64,000 nucleotides of DNA, taken from assembly GCA_964646225.1 (NCBI GenBank), contig CAZYAD010000003.1, positions 1,894-65,893 of the forward strand. The letters are read 5' to 3'. The position numbers and the translations under genes are program-made. Positions 36,585 to 45,268 of this stretch are shown piece after piece (the first letter of the stretch is position 1; every line of letters starts with the position of its first letter). The stretch is from an uncultured Oscillospiraceae bacterium. Lineage in GTDB: Bacteria > Bacillota > Clostridia > Oscillospirales > Butyricicoccaceae. A model generated the notes under the pieces. That model had not been told where the DNA came from, ran no database searches, and worked only from the letters and a program-made list of their open reading frames with translations.

Positions 36585-36613
36585 ATTATAAAGCACACAG
36601 GTCTTTTCGTCAA
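36585..36613 (-). promoter_or_regulatory. Sigma-70 promoter for the macro-domain gene
   Basis: Minus strand reads TTGACG, 17 nt, TATAAT, then AAGGAGG SD. Confidence 0.6.
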
Positions 36614-36709
36614 TAAAAAAAGAAAAGACAGGAGATTTTTTGTGTTTCCTGCACAGTGGGAGACTGATGGTGAACGGCCAGGCCGCCATCGGTCCCTTTC
36701 CCCGGCCCC

Positions 36710-37495
36710 TCAGGGCTTCTCCACCACCCACAGGTTGCGGATCTGTCCTGCGATCTGTTCATAATCCCAGCGGGTCTCTGACCGGGCGATGCTGTTGGGA
36801 TCGTTGACACACAATAGCCCGTCCTCCAGCCCGGTGAGGACGATAAAATGTCCGGTGGAGGTAAAATCCCCCGGCCCCATGGCGCAGATGATGGGGGAGC
36901 CGGCCTCCAGATAGCCCCGGATCATGCCCTCCACCAGCGGCAGCTCGGTGGCCCGCAGCCCCAGCTTGCCTGCTCCCTCTGAGATCAGGGTCCAGGAGGA
37001 GCCGTTGCCACGGCGGCAGTAGCCCTCGTCCAGCGCAAAGCGGATCAGATTGTCCGGGGACATGGCGGGATCCCGCGTCAGGGAAAAGGCCACCATGGAG
37101 AGACACACCGGCCCGCATCCGGTGAGCCCGGCCACATCGTCGCCATATTGCAGATACCCCCAGCGCTTGTCCCATTGGAGGAACAGGGGGACGCCCGGGC
37201 AGTCCAGATATTCCGAAAGCTCCACTGCGTGGGGCTGGGCGTGCTCCTCCGGATAGGACAGCACGAAATCCTCGGTCTCCGGGTTGCGCTCCAGCAGGGC
37301 GATGAGGCTTTCGGGCCACAGCCGGTAGGGAGTGCCGGAGGCTTGGGAAAAGGCCATGACGGCCTCCTCCGCCGGAGTGCAGTGCGTCGGGTCAAAGCGC
37401 CATTCCCGCCAGTAGCCCCGCGCGGTGGGATACAGGCATACGGCCAGCGCAGCCGTCAGCACCAGCACCACAAGGGCGCGCCAAAGCTTCTTCAT
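36710..37495 (-). CDS. Membrane-anchored C39-like (papain-fold) cysteine peptidase domain protein
   Basis: Start at MKKLWRAL (ATG 37495) with an N-terminal TM anchor. Nucleophile context LTGCGPVCLSMVAF and His context STGHFIVLTG. Confidence 0.7.
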   Translation of the reverse strand: MKKLWRALVVLVLTAALAVCLYPTARGYWREWRFDPTHCTPAEEAVMAFSQASGTPYRLWPESLIALLERNPETEDFVLSYPEEHAQPHAVELSEYLDCPGVPLFLQWDKRWGYLQYGDDVAGLTGCGPVCLSMVAFSLTRDPAMSPDNLIRFALDEGYCRRGNGSSWTLISEGAGKLGLRATELPLVEGMIRGYLEAGSPIICAMGPGDFTSTGHFIVLTGLEDGLLCVNDPNSIARSETRWDYEQIAGQIRNLWVVEKP

Positions 37496-37500
37496 AAGAA

Positions 37501-37534
37501 AAACTACCTCCATCCGGTCTGATGAAGGTAGTTT
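37501..37534 (-). promoter_or_regulatory. Hairpin that can sequester the SD of the C39-like peptidase gene
   Basis: Minus strand AAACUACCUUC...GGAGGUAGUUU: 11-nt arms (10 Watson-Crick pairs, one mismatch), 12-nt loop. The 3' arm contains the GGAGG SD located 11 nt before the ATG. Confidence 0.35.
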
Positions 37535-37673
37535 ATCACGAAAAGCTTAAGAATAAACGGGAAAAATCCTCAAGATTTTGTTAATGTTCCGCAGGGGGAA
37601 TGCCGGGGCGGAGCCCCAGCGGAGGGCAGCCGCGAACCCTGGGCCGTGCGCCCGTCGGCTGCGCCGGCAGTCC

Positions 37674-38639
37674 TCAATACCCCTGCTTCAGATCCACCTG
37701 ATGCTCCAGCGCCTCGCCGCGGCTCCAGTGCTCCAGATTGCGCAGAAAGATCCCGATCACCAGCTCACAGGTCTTTGCCAGAGACATATTGCCCGAAACA
37801 TGGGGGGTCAGCAGCAGATTGGGGGCATCCCACAGGAAATGGTCGGGGGGCAGCGGCTCCGGGTCGGCCACATCCAGCGCCGCCCCGGCCAGCTTTCCGG
37901 CGCACAGCGCGTCATACAACGCCTGCTGATCCACCGCCGTGCCACGGCCCACATTGATCACATAGGCATCCTGCGCCATAGCGTCCAGCACCGAAGCGCT
38001 GAGCACATTCCGGGTAGACTGGGTGCCGGGCAGACACAGGGCCACCACATCGGCCCCACGGACGGCCTCCTCCAGCCGGTCGATGGTGTAGACCTCGTCG
38101 CACCAGTCGGGCTTCTCCCGCAGCGTGCGCCGCACTCCGCGGACGGTGGCCCCCATCGCCTTGAGCCTCCGGCCAAAGCTGGAGCCGATATCGCCCATGC
38201 CCACCACAGTGACGGTGCTGCCGTAAATGGAGCGGATGTCCCCTAGAATGCCCCAGCCCCGCCGGGCTACCAGCGCCTGATATTCCGGCATCCGCCGCAT
38301 CATCATCAGCAGGACGCAGAGCATATGCTCCGCGATGGTGATGCCATACGCGCCGGAGGCGTTGGTCAGCAGCACCTGCTCCGAGGCAAAGGTGCCCGGC
38401 CGGGTGTAGCGATCCACACCGGCAAAGGAGCATTGCAGCCAGCGAAGCCGGGGGCACCGGGCCAGCAGCTCAGGGGGAAACATCCCGAACAGAAGCTCAC
38501 AGTCGTCGATGTCCTCCAGCCGCACCTCCTCCCCGTGGAGGAACCGGGGCTCATAGCCCAGGGCGCGGACGCCCTCTGAGATCATCTGTTCCCAGCGGTC
38601 GTTGTAAAAGGAAATATGGATGGCGATGGTGTTGCTCAT
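37674..38639 (-). CDS. D-isomer-specific 2-hydroxyacid dehydrogenase family protein
   Basis: NAD fold VTVVGMGDIGSSFGRRLKAMG and catalytic region YVINVGRG...LDVADPEP...LLLTPHVSG. Confidence 0.85.
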   Translation of the reverse strand: MSNTIAIHISFYNDRWEQMISEGVRALGYEPRFLHGEEVRLEDIDDCELLFGMFPPELLARCPRLRWLQCSFAGVDRYTRPGTFASEQVLLTNASGAYGITIAEHMLCVLLMMMRRMPEYQALVARRGWGILGDIRSIYGSTVTVVGMGDIGSSFGRRLKAMGATVRGVRRTLREKPDWCDEVYTIDRLEEAVRGADVVALCLPGTQSTRNVLSASVLDAMAQDAYVINVGRGTAVDQQALYDALCAGKLAGAALDVADPEPLPPDHFLWDAPNLLLTPHVSGNMSLAKTCELVIGIFLRNLEHWSRGEALEHQVDLKQGY

Positions 38640-39469
38640 AGGAATTTCCCCTTTTCTGCATAATCAGCCAGAATATGATTGAGCTCTCCGCCAAGGATGA
38701 CCACCACGCCGGTGATGTAAAACCACAGCATCAGGATCATCACGGCGGCCAGAGAGCCGTACAGCACGGAGTAACGGGACATATGCCCCACGTAATAGGA
38801 AAAGACGGTGGTGGAGAGATACCACAGCACCACGGCAAAACCCGCCCCCGGCAGCGCCTGGGCAAAGCGATAACGGCCAAAGCCCACCACCGCATACAGC
38901 ACCGACAGCACCAGAAGGAGATACAGCGGGGCCACCAGTGTCCGCAGCAGGCTCCACAGCCGGATGAACAGGTCGGGGATGGTGAGATACTGCCCCACCC
39001 AGAGCAGCAGATTTTCACTGACCACCGCCAGCACCAGCAGCACCAGCAGAGAGACCAGCAGCAGCACGGCGCAGCTCACCGAGGCCACCGCGCCGAACAG
39101 GCCCCGCCGCTCCAGCCCATAGGCCCGGGTCAGGGAGCCCAGCAGGGAGGAGATGCTGCGGGAAACGGCATATACCGCCAGCACCAGACAGGCATAGAGC
39201 AGAAAGTGGGTGTCCAGCCCCTGAATGTAGGTCAGGTAGGTATCCAGAATGCCTGTGAGCTGGGGCGGCAGCACCAGCGCGTCGGACAGCATATCGGTGG
39301 AAAGATGCAGGGTGCTCACCGCCATGTTGACAAAGATCACCATGGGGAACAGGGAGAACAGCAGGTAATAGGCCAGCTCTGCGGCATCGCGCCCCACCTG
39401 ATCCCGAAAATAGCGCCGTACCAGCTCGCGGCTGATCCGCAGTAAAAACGGCGCGGAGCGCTCCTTCAT
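38636..39469 (-). CDS. YihY/BrkB-family membrane protein
   Basis: Start at MKERSAPFLL (ATG 39469). RDAAELAYYLLFSLFP N-terminal signature and six predicted TM helices. Confidence 0.75.
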   Translation of the reverse strand: MKERSAPFLLRISRELVRRYFRDQVGRDAAELAYYLLFSLFPMVIFVNMAVSTLHLSTDMLSDALVLPPQLTGILDTYLTYIQGLDTHFLLYACLVLAVYAVSRSISSLLGSLTRAYGLERRGLFGAVASVSCAVLLLVSLLVLLVLAVVSENLLLWVGQYLTIPDLFIRLWSLLRTLVAPLYLLLVLSVLYAVVGFGRYRFAQALPGAGFAVVLWYLSTTVFSYYVGHMSRYSVLYGSLAAVMILMLWFYITGVVVILGGELNHILADYAEKGKFL

Positions 39470-39604
39470 GCTGCGCCCCCTTTCTCTTGCAGAATGGGTA
39501 TAGTGTATCATATTCGCCGCAAAAAAGAAAGGGGGAAAGAGGAGAACGGGGGGGATCGATCGCGGGCATTTCCGCAGAAATGCCGGGAGTCCCGCGCCTC
39601 TGTC

Positions 39605-39886
39605 CTACGCCCCCTCACCGGTCAGGGAAAAGGTGAACCTGCGGTTTTCCTCCGCGCAGCGGGAAAGCACCCGCAAAAATCGCCGGGCATATTCCCCCAG
39701 CGCGACCTCCAGCGCCGGGGCGTGCTCCAGCACCAGACACACCGGCCCCTCCAGCTCCGACAGACAGTCGGCCAGCCCGTCCAGATTGCAGCCGCAATAG
39801 TCCGGCAGGGAAAGCAGCTCCTTCAGCTGCCGGTGCAGCCCCTCCCGGCTGTCCACGGCGGCACAGTCCAAAACCCGCAGGGTCAT
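39605..39886 (-). CDS. Barstar-family ribonuclease inhibitor
   Basis: 93 aa. ...SREGLHRQLKELLSLPDYCGCNLDGLADCLSEL... matches the barstar core (..FP.YYG.NLDAL.DCL). Start overlaps the stop of the RNase gene. Confidence 0.8.
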   Translation of the reverse strand: MTLRVLDCAAVDSREGLHRQLKELLSLPDYCGCNLDGLADCLSELEGPVCLVLEHAPALEVALGEYARRFLRVLSRCAEENRRFTFSLTGEGA

Positions 39887-40437
39887 TGCGCCTCACCTCC
39901 GTAAAGCAACGTAAAGCTCTCGTAGTGATCCCCGGTATAGTAGATCAGCCCATCGTTGGAATAGACGATGCGCTTGGTGCCCCGGGAGGTCTGTCCCACG
40001 GTGTCGATGTCGCATTCCAGCCATTCCCGGCCGGGCGCATCGGGCAAAAGTCCCTCGTAATTGCCAAAGCTGCTGCCGCCGATGGCTCTGCCGGGAGCCT
40101 GGGCGTCCAGCGGGCCGCCCTCCCAGCCGTACTGACTGCGGGCGTCGGCCTTGGTCACGAAATTATCCGGCAGACGGCCGTACAGATGCAGATACAGTGC
40201 CACGCTGTCCCGGTCATCGTACCAGCCGTCTGCGGGCAGAGTCTCCTCCGCCGGGGGCGCCTGACTGTCGGGAAGGGCCTCCTCCGGCGTGGAGGGAGAG
40301 GCATCAACGGTGTCCTCCGGCAGGGCGGAGGACACTGCGCCCAGCACATCCAGCGCCAGCTCCGCATCTGCCTGAGAGCAGGCCGCCAGTGAAAGCAGCA
40401 GCAGCGCCGCCAGCAAAAGGGAAAGCCATCGTTTCAT
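39883..40437 (-). CDS. Secreted lipoprotein ribonuclease of the barnase / RNase N1-T1 (guanyl-specific) family
   Basis: ATG 40437, 8 nt after GAGG. Lipobox LSLAAC-S and a Pro/Glu/Ala linker. Catalytic domain ...FGNYEGLLPDAPGREWLECDI...SRGTKRIVYSNDGLIYYTGDHYESF. Confidence 0.8.
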   Translation of the reverse strand: MKRWLSLLLAALLLLSLAACSQADAELALDVLGAVSSALPEDTVDASPSTPEEALPDSQAPPAEETLPADGWYDDRDSVALYLHLYGRLPDNFVTKADARSQYGWEGGPLDAQAPGRAIGGSSFGNYEGLLPDAPGREWLECDIDTVGQTSRGTKRIVYSNDGLIYYTGDHYESFTLLYGGEAQ

Positions 40438-40588
40438 ATTCAGCACCTCATTTTCCGTTGTGTACCCTTATTATAGGAAACTCCCCGGAGAAAAGCAAGT
40501 GCCGGCAGGGGGAAGGCGTGATTGGAAGCTTGTGGGCTTTCCGCCGGCCTTCCCTTCCCGTACGGGCAAGGAAGGCAACTGCGGAACG

Positions 40589-40616
40589 CAAAAAAGGCCG
40601 CCCGAAGGCGGCCCTT
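40589..40616 (-). terminator. Intrinsic terminator after argF
   Basis: Minus strand reads GGCCGCC, TTCG loop, GGCGGCC, followed by TTTTTT. Confidence 0.8.
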
Positions 40617-40632
40617 GCAGGGGCTTTTCCGC

Positions 40633-41628
40633 TTACAGCGTAGCGGCCATGACGGCCTTGATGGTGTGCATCCGGTTTTCGGCCTGCTGAAAGACAATGG
40701 ACTGTGGACCCTCGAACACCTCGTCGGTTACCTCCAGACAATCCAGCCCGAATTTCTCGCAGACCTCCCGGCCCACCACCGTCTTTTTGTCGTGATAGGC
40801 GGGCAAACAGTGCATAAAGACCGCCTTCGGCCCGGCAATATCCATCAGCTCCTGGGTGATGCGATAGGGCAGCAGATCGTGGATGCGCTGGGCCCAGATC
40901 TCATCGGCCTCGCCCATGGAGACCCACACATCGGTGTACAGCACCTGCGCCCCACGGGCAGCATCCCGGGGATCCTCCACAAACTCCAGCACCGCGCCGG
41001 TCTGGGCAGCGATGCTCCGGCAGGTCTCCACCAGCTTGGGATCGGGGAAGTATTCTTTAGGGGAGCACACAACAAAGTGCATCCCCATCTTGGCGCAGCC
41101 CACCATCAGGGAATTGCCCATGTTGTAGCGGGCATCGCCGTAGTACACATATTTGACCCCCTGCAGGGTGCCGAACCGCTCCTTCACCGTGAGGAAATCC
41201 GCCAGGATCTGGGTGGGATGGGCCTCGTCCGTCAGGCCATTCCACACCGGGACGGTGGCGTATTTCGCCAGCTCCTCCACCGTCTCCTGCCCGTAGCCCC
41301 GGTACTCAATGCCATCGAACATAGAGGAGAGCACCCGCGCGGTGTCGGGGATGGACTCCTTTTTGCCCAGCTGGGAGCCGGAATCCAGGTAGGTGACATG
41401 GATGCCCAGGTCATGCCCGGCCACCTCGAAGCTGCATCGGGTTCGGGTGGAGGTCTTCTCGAAGATCAGGGCGATGTTTTTGCCCTCAAAATAGCGGTGG
41501 GGGATCCCGGCCCGCTTGAGGGCCTTGAAGCCGGCGGCGGTGTCCACCAGCTCGGCGATCTCCTGCGGGGAGACATCCAGCAGCTTGAGGAAATCCTTCC
41601 CCTGCATGGTCTTTTTCAGGTTCAGCAT
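40633..41628 (-). CDS. argF: Ornithine carbamoyltransferase
   Basis: STRTRCSFE, HPTQ and HCLPA motifs. 331 aa. Confidence 0.92.
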   Translation of the reverse strand: MLNLKKTMQGKDFLKLLDVSPQEIAELVDTAAGFKALKRAGIPHRYFEGKNIALIFEKTSTRTRCSFEVAGHDLGIHVTYLDSGSQLGKKESIPDTARVLSSMFDGIEYRGYGQETVEELAKYATVPVWNGLTDEAHPTQILADFLTVKERFGTLQGVKYVYYGDARYNMGNSLMVGCAKMGMHFVVCSPKEYFPDPKLVETCRSIAAQTGAVLEFVEDPRDAARGAQVLYTDVWVSMGEADEIWAQRIHDLLPYRITQELMDIAGPKAVFMHCLPAYHDKKTVVGREVCEKFGLDCLEVTDEVFEGPQSIVFQQAENRMHTIKAVMAATL

Positions 41629-41677
41629 AGCATTCGGTTCCTTTCTGTCGGGGGATCGAGTAAAAAGGGAAAGGGCT

Positions 41678-43057
41678 TTACAGCCCTTCCACAGCTTTGG
41701 CTAAAAAGGCGAACTGGGCGTCCAGCGACGGGGCGCTGACGCTGCCGGGGGAGGTGCGCTGGGCCACACAGGTCTCCAGCGAGATGGCCTCGAACAGATC
41801 GTCGGTAAACAGGGGGGAGTGAGCCTGATAATCGGCCAGCGGCAGGGTCTCCAGTACCAGATTTTTCGCGGTGCATTCCGCCACGAGCTGCCCCACCAGC
41901 TTATAGGCGGCCCGGAAGGGCAGCCCCTTGCGCACCAGATAGTCGGCAAGGTCGGTGGCGTTGATAAAGCCCTTTGCCGCCGCCTGGCGCATATTCTCCC
42001 GGTGGATAGTCATGGTGGCGATCATGGGGGCCATCACCTGCAGGCACTGCTTCGCGGTGTCCACGCTGTCAAACAGCCCCTCCTTGTCCTCCTGCATATC
42101 CTTGTTATAGGCCAGCGGCAGGCCCTTGAGCATGGTCAGAAGGCCCATCAGGTTGCCATAGACCCGGCCGGTCTTGCCCCGGATCAGCTCTGCCATGTCG
42201 GCGTTCTTCTTCTGGGGCATGATGGAGGAGCCGGTGGTGTAGGCGTCGTCCAGCTCCACATAGCGGAACTCCCAGGAGCACCACAGGATCAGCTCCTCCG
42301 ACAGGCGGGAAAGGTGCATCATCAAAATGGCGATGGCCGAGCAGGCCTCCACTGCGAAATCCCGGTCGGAAACGCCGTCGATGCTGTTGAGGGTGTAGCC
42401 CTCCATGCCCAGCGTCCGGGCGGTCAGCTCCCGGTCGATGGGATAGGTGGTGCCGGCCAGTGCGCCGGAGCCCAGTGGCGATACATTGGCCCGCTTTGCG
42501 CAGTCGGCCAGACGGCCCAGATCCCGCTCCAGCATCATGCCATAAGCCAGCAGCTGGTGGGCGAACACGATGGGCTGGGCCCGCTGCAGGTGGGTGTAGC
42601 CGGGGACGATGGCGTCCCGGCAGTCCTGGGCCTTGGCGCAGATGGCCCGGATCAGCTCTGCGGTGAGCCCGCGGAGGGCTGCCAGCTCCTTCCGCAGCCA
42701 GAGGCGCAGATCCAGCGCCACCTGATCGTTGCGGCTGCGGGCGGTGTGCAGGCGCTTGCCCGCCTCGCCGATGCGCCGGGTCAGCTCGGCCTCGTGGAAC
42801 ATATGGATATCCTCGGCGGTGGGGTCGATCTCCAGCTTTCCGCTTTTCAGATCCTGCAGGATGCTTTCCAGCCCCGCGAGGATGGCCTCGGTGTCGGCGG
42901 GAGAGTTGATGCCCTGCGCCCCCAGCATGGCCGCGTGGGCCATGCTGCCGGTCAGATCCTCCTCAAACAGCCGCTGGTCAAAGCGGATGGAGGAATTGAA
43001 GTCATCCGCGAGCTGATCCAGCTGTTTGGCGGCGCGGCCCGCCCAGAGCTTTTCCAT
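41678..43057 (-). CDS. argH: Argininosuccinate lyase
   Basis: Start at MEKLWAGR (ATG 43057) with GAGG SD. TARSRNDQV and GSSIMPQKKNAD signature. Confidence 0.92.
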   Translation of the reverse strand: MEKLWAGRAAKQLDQLADDFNSSIRFDQRLFEEDLTGSMAHAAMLGAQGINSPADTEAILAGLESILQDLKSGKLEIDPTAEDIHMFHEAELTRRIGEAGKRLHTARSRNDQVALDLRLWLRKELAALRGLTAELIRAICAKAQDCRDAIVPGYTHLQRAQPIVFAHQLLAYGMMLERDLGRLADCAKRANVSPLGSGALAGTTYPIDRELTARTLGMEGYTLNSIDGVSDRDFAVEACSAIAILMMHLSRLSEELILWCSWEFRYVELDDAYTTGSSIMPQKKNADMAELIRGKTGRVYGNLMGLLTMLKGLPLAYNKDMQEDKEGLFDSVDTAKQCLQVMAPMIATMTIHRENMRQAAAKGFINATDLADYLVRKGLPFRAAYKLVGQLVAECTAKNLVLETLPLADYQAHSPLFTDDLFEAISLETCVAQRTSPGSVSAPSLDAQFAFLAKAVEGL

Positions 43058-43076
43058 AAAATGACCTCGCAATCGT

Positions 43077-44315
43077 TTAGTTCTGCTCCCATTTCTTCGC
43101 CAAGTGGGCCTGGACGGAGATGGGCAGACCGAACAGGTTGATGAACCCGGCAGATTCGGCCTGATCGTACACACCGCCGTCCTCACCGAAGGAGGCGATC
43201 TCGGCATCGTACAGGGAATAAGGGGAGGTGACGCCGGCGTTGATCATATTGCCCTTGTACAGCTTGAGCTTCACCTGGCCGGTGACATGCTCCTGGGTGC
43301 TGTCCACAAAGGCAGAGAGCGCCTTGCGCAGGGGGGTGAACCACTGACCGAAATACACCAGCTCTGCGAACTTCTGGGCCACCAGCGTCTTGTAGTGCTG
43401 GGTGTCCCGGTCCAGGGTGATGGTCTCCAGCACCTCGTGGGCCTTATAGAGGATGGCGCCGCCGGGCGTTTCGTAAACGCCGCGGGACTTCATGCCCACC
43501 AGCCGGTTTTCCACGATATCCAGCAGGCCGATGCCGTTGGCCCCGCCGATCTCGTTGAGCTTGAGGACGATGTCCACGGGAGAGAGCTTTTCGCCGTTGA
43601 CCGCCACGGGATTGCCTTTTTCAAAGTCGATGGTGACATAGGTGGGCTTGTCGGGGGCCTGCTCGGGAGAAACGCTCATCTCCAGGAAGCCGGGCTTGTT
43701 GTACTGGGGTTCGTTGGCGGGATCCTCCAGATCCAGACCCTCGTGGGAAAGGTGCCACAGGTTCTTGTCCTTGGAATAGTTGGTTTCCCGGGTGATCTTC
43801 AGGGGGACATGGTGGGCCTCGGCATAGTCGATCTCCTCGTCACGGGATTTGATCTCCCACTCCCGCCAGGGGGCGATGATGGGCATATCGGGGGCGATGG
43901 ACTTGATGGCCAGCTCAAAGCGCACCTGGTCGTTACCCTTACCGGTGCAGCCGTGACAGATGGCGTCCGCGCCCTCCTTCAGAGCGATCTTGGCCAGCTC
44001 CACGCCGATGAGGGGCCGGGCAAAGGCCGTGCCCATCAGGTAATCCTCGTACTTGGCCCCGGCCTTGACGGTAGGAAAGATGAAGTCCTCCACGAACTCT
44101 TTGGACAGATCCAGCACATACAGCTTGGAGGCGCCGGATTTCAGCGCCTTTTCCTCCAGCCCCTCCAGCTCGTCAGCCTGACCCACATTGCCGGAGACGG
44201 CGATGATCTCGGGATCGTTGTAGTTCTCCTTCAGCCAGGGGATGATGACAGAGGTATCCAGACCGCCGGAATAGGCCAGGACGATCTTTTTGATGGATTC
44301 TTTATTCTTGATCAT
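43077..44315 (-). CDS. argG: Argininosuccinate synthase
   Basis: Start at [22 protein letters not shown] (ATG 44315) with GGAGG SD. Also [13 protein letters not shown]. Confidence 0.92.
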   Translation of the reverse strand: MIKNKESIKKIVLAYSGGLDTSVIIPWLKENYNDPEIIAVSGNVGQADELEGLEEKALKSGASKLYVLDLSKEFVEDFIFPTVKAGAKYEDYLMGTAFARPLIGVELAKIALKEGADAICHGCTGKGNDQVRFELAIKSIAPDMPIIAPWREWEIKSRDEEIDYAEAHHVPLKITRETNYSKDKNLWHLSHEGLDLEDPANEPQYNKPGFLEMSVSPEQAPDKPTYVTIDFEKGNPVAVNGEKLSPVDIVLKLNEIGGANGIGLLDIVENRLVGMKSRGVYETPGGAILYKAHEVLETITLDRDTQHYKTLVAQKFAELVYFGQWFTPLRKALSAFVDSTQEHVTGQVKLKLYKGNMINAGVTSPYSLYDAEIASFGEDGGVYDQAESAGFINLFGLPISVQAHLAKKWEQN

Positions 44316-44370
44316 AGCAGGTTCCTCCCAAATTATATCCGAAGTGTTTTGTTGTTCAAACGATGGGATA

Positions 44371-44400
44371 ATTATACACTCACGCTGCATAAATAGTCAA
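44371..44400 (-). promoter_or_regulatory. Sigma-70 promoter for argGHF
   Basis: Minus strand reads TTGACT, 18 nt, TATAAT, about 55 nt upstream of argG. Confidence 0.55.
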
Positions 44401-44489
44401 TGTGCGCCCTGCACAAAATTTCGCCGCCGCGACAGGAAAAACACCGGGTGGCTTTGGGCATATCTCACAGAACAGCGGCCGCATCCATG

Positions 44490-44523
44490 CAAAGACCCCC
44501 GCCGCGGATATCCGCGGCGGGGG
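44490..44523 (-). terminator. GC-rich perfect hairpin downstream of the lipoprotein gene
   Basis: CCCCCGCCGCGG, ATAT loop, CCGCGGCGGGGG (12-bp perfect stem), with a weak T tract on the minus strand. Confidence 0.5.
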
Positions 44524-44558
44524 AAGGACGCTGCCGTATACTGAATATAAAAACAGGC

Positions 44559-45098
44559 TCAGCGGTCGGTGAACAGGACGGTGGACAGCACCTCCAGCGC
44601 CTGCCCGGACCATTCAGGGAACTGGTCGTTCAGGGCTGCCCAGCCGTTGCCAAAGCTGACAAAGCACCAGCAGCCGCCGCCGTCATAAAAGCCCACCCGG
44701 GCGGTGCCGCCGCTTTGCAGCAAAAGCTCGGTCTCTGTCAGCCCGGTGCCGCAGACCCCAAAGCCGCCGCTGTAATCCCGTAACAGCACCCGCCGGGTGT
44801 CCTCTGCCGGACCAAAGGCCAGCGTCCAGCCCTGCGTGTCCTCGGCCCGCTCCTCATAAACCCAGCCCTCCGGCAGGGCGAGGGAGACCCGTCCTGCCGT
44901 GACCTGCGCCGGCAGCGGCGCAGCTTCCTCCGGGGGCGTTGCCGCAGGGGGATCGCCTGGCGCATCGGAAGCCGGGGCGGCGGAAGGGGCCGCAGGAGCC
45001 TCCGGCGTCGCGGCGGGTGCGGGAGACGCTGTGCCGCAGGCGGAAAGCAGCAGCGTCAGCGTCAGCAGAGCGAGCAGGAATGATTGGATTTGTTTCAT
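44559..45098 (-). CDS. Hypothetical lipoprotein
   Basis: Signal/lipobox LLLSAC-G and a Pro/Ala-rich tether, then a roughly 110-aa globular domain. No recognised family. Confidence 0.65.
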   Translation of the reverse strand: MKQIQSFLLALLTLTLLLSACGTASPAPAATPEAPAAPSAAPASDAPGDPPAATPPEEAAPLPAQVTAGRVSLALPEGWVYEERAEDTQGWTLAFGPAEDTRRVLLRDYSGGFGVCGTGLTETELLLQSGGTARVGFYDGGGCWCFVSFGNGWAALNDQFPEWSGQALEVLSTVLFTDR

Positions 45099-45209
45099 AA
45101 TAAGGTGCCTCCTGAAAGTTTTTCTTACCTTTCAGACCGCAGAAGGGTGAAAAAAGTTCCGCTTTTTGCCGCCGCAACGCTCCGTTGACAGGAGGAAACG
45201 GCGGGTCGG

Positions 45210-45238
45210 TTGCGAAAAAGCCCCGCCTGTGCTACCAT
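45210..45238 (+). promoter_or_regulatory. Putative extended -10 promoter for the XRE-family gene
   Basis: TTGCGA, 17 nt spacer, TACCAT, with TGc immediately upstream. Confidence 0.35.
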
Positions 45239-45268
45239 AGGCCCAGAAACGAAAGGAGGCGATGCCCT

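Noticed and set aside
44495-44522. Perfect 12-bp GC palindrome as a protein operator or mobile-element end
   Set aside because: It is a single copy located 37 nt past the stop of the minus-strand lipoprotein gene, with no matching repeat elsewhere in the window. It is most simply a transcript-end stabilising or terminator hairpin.
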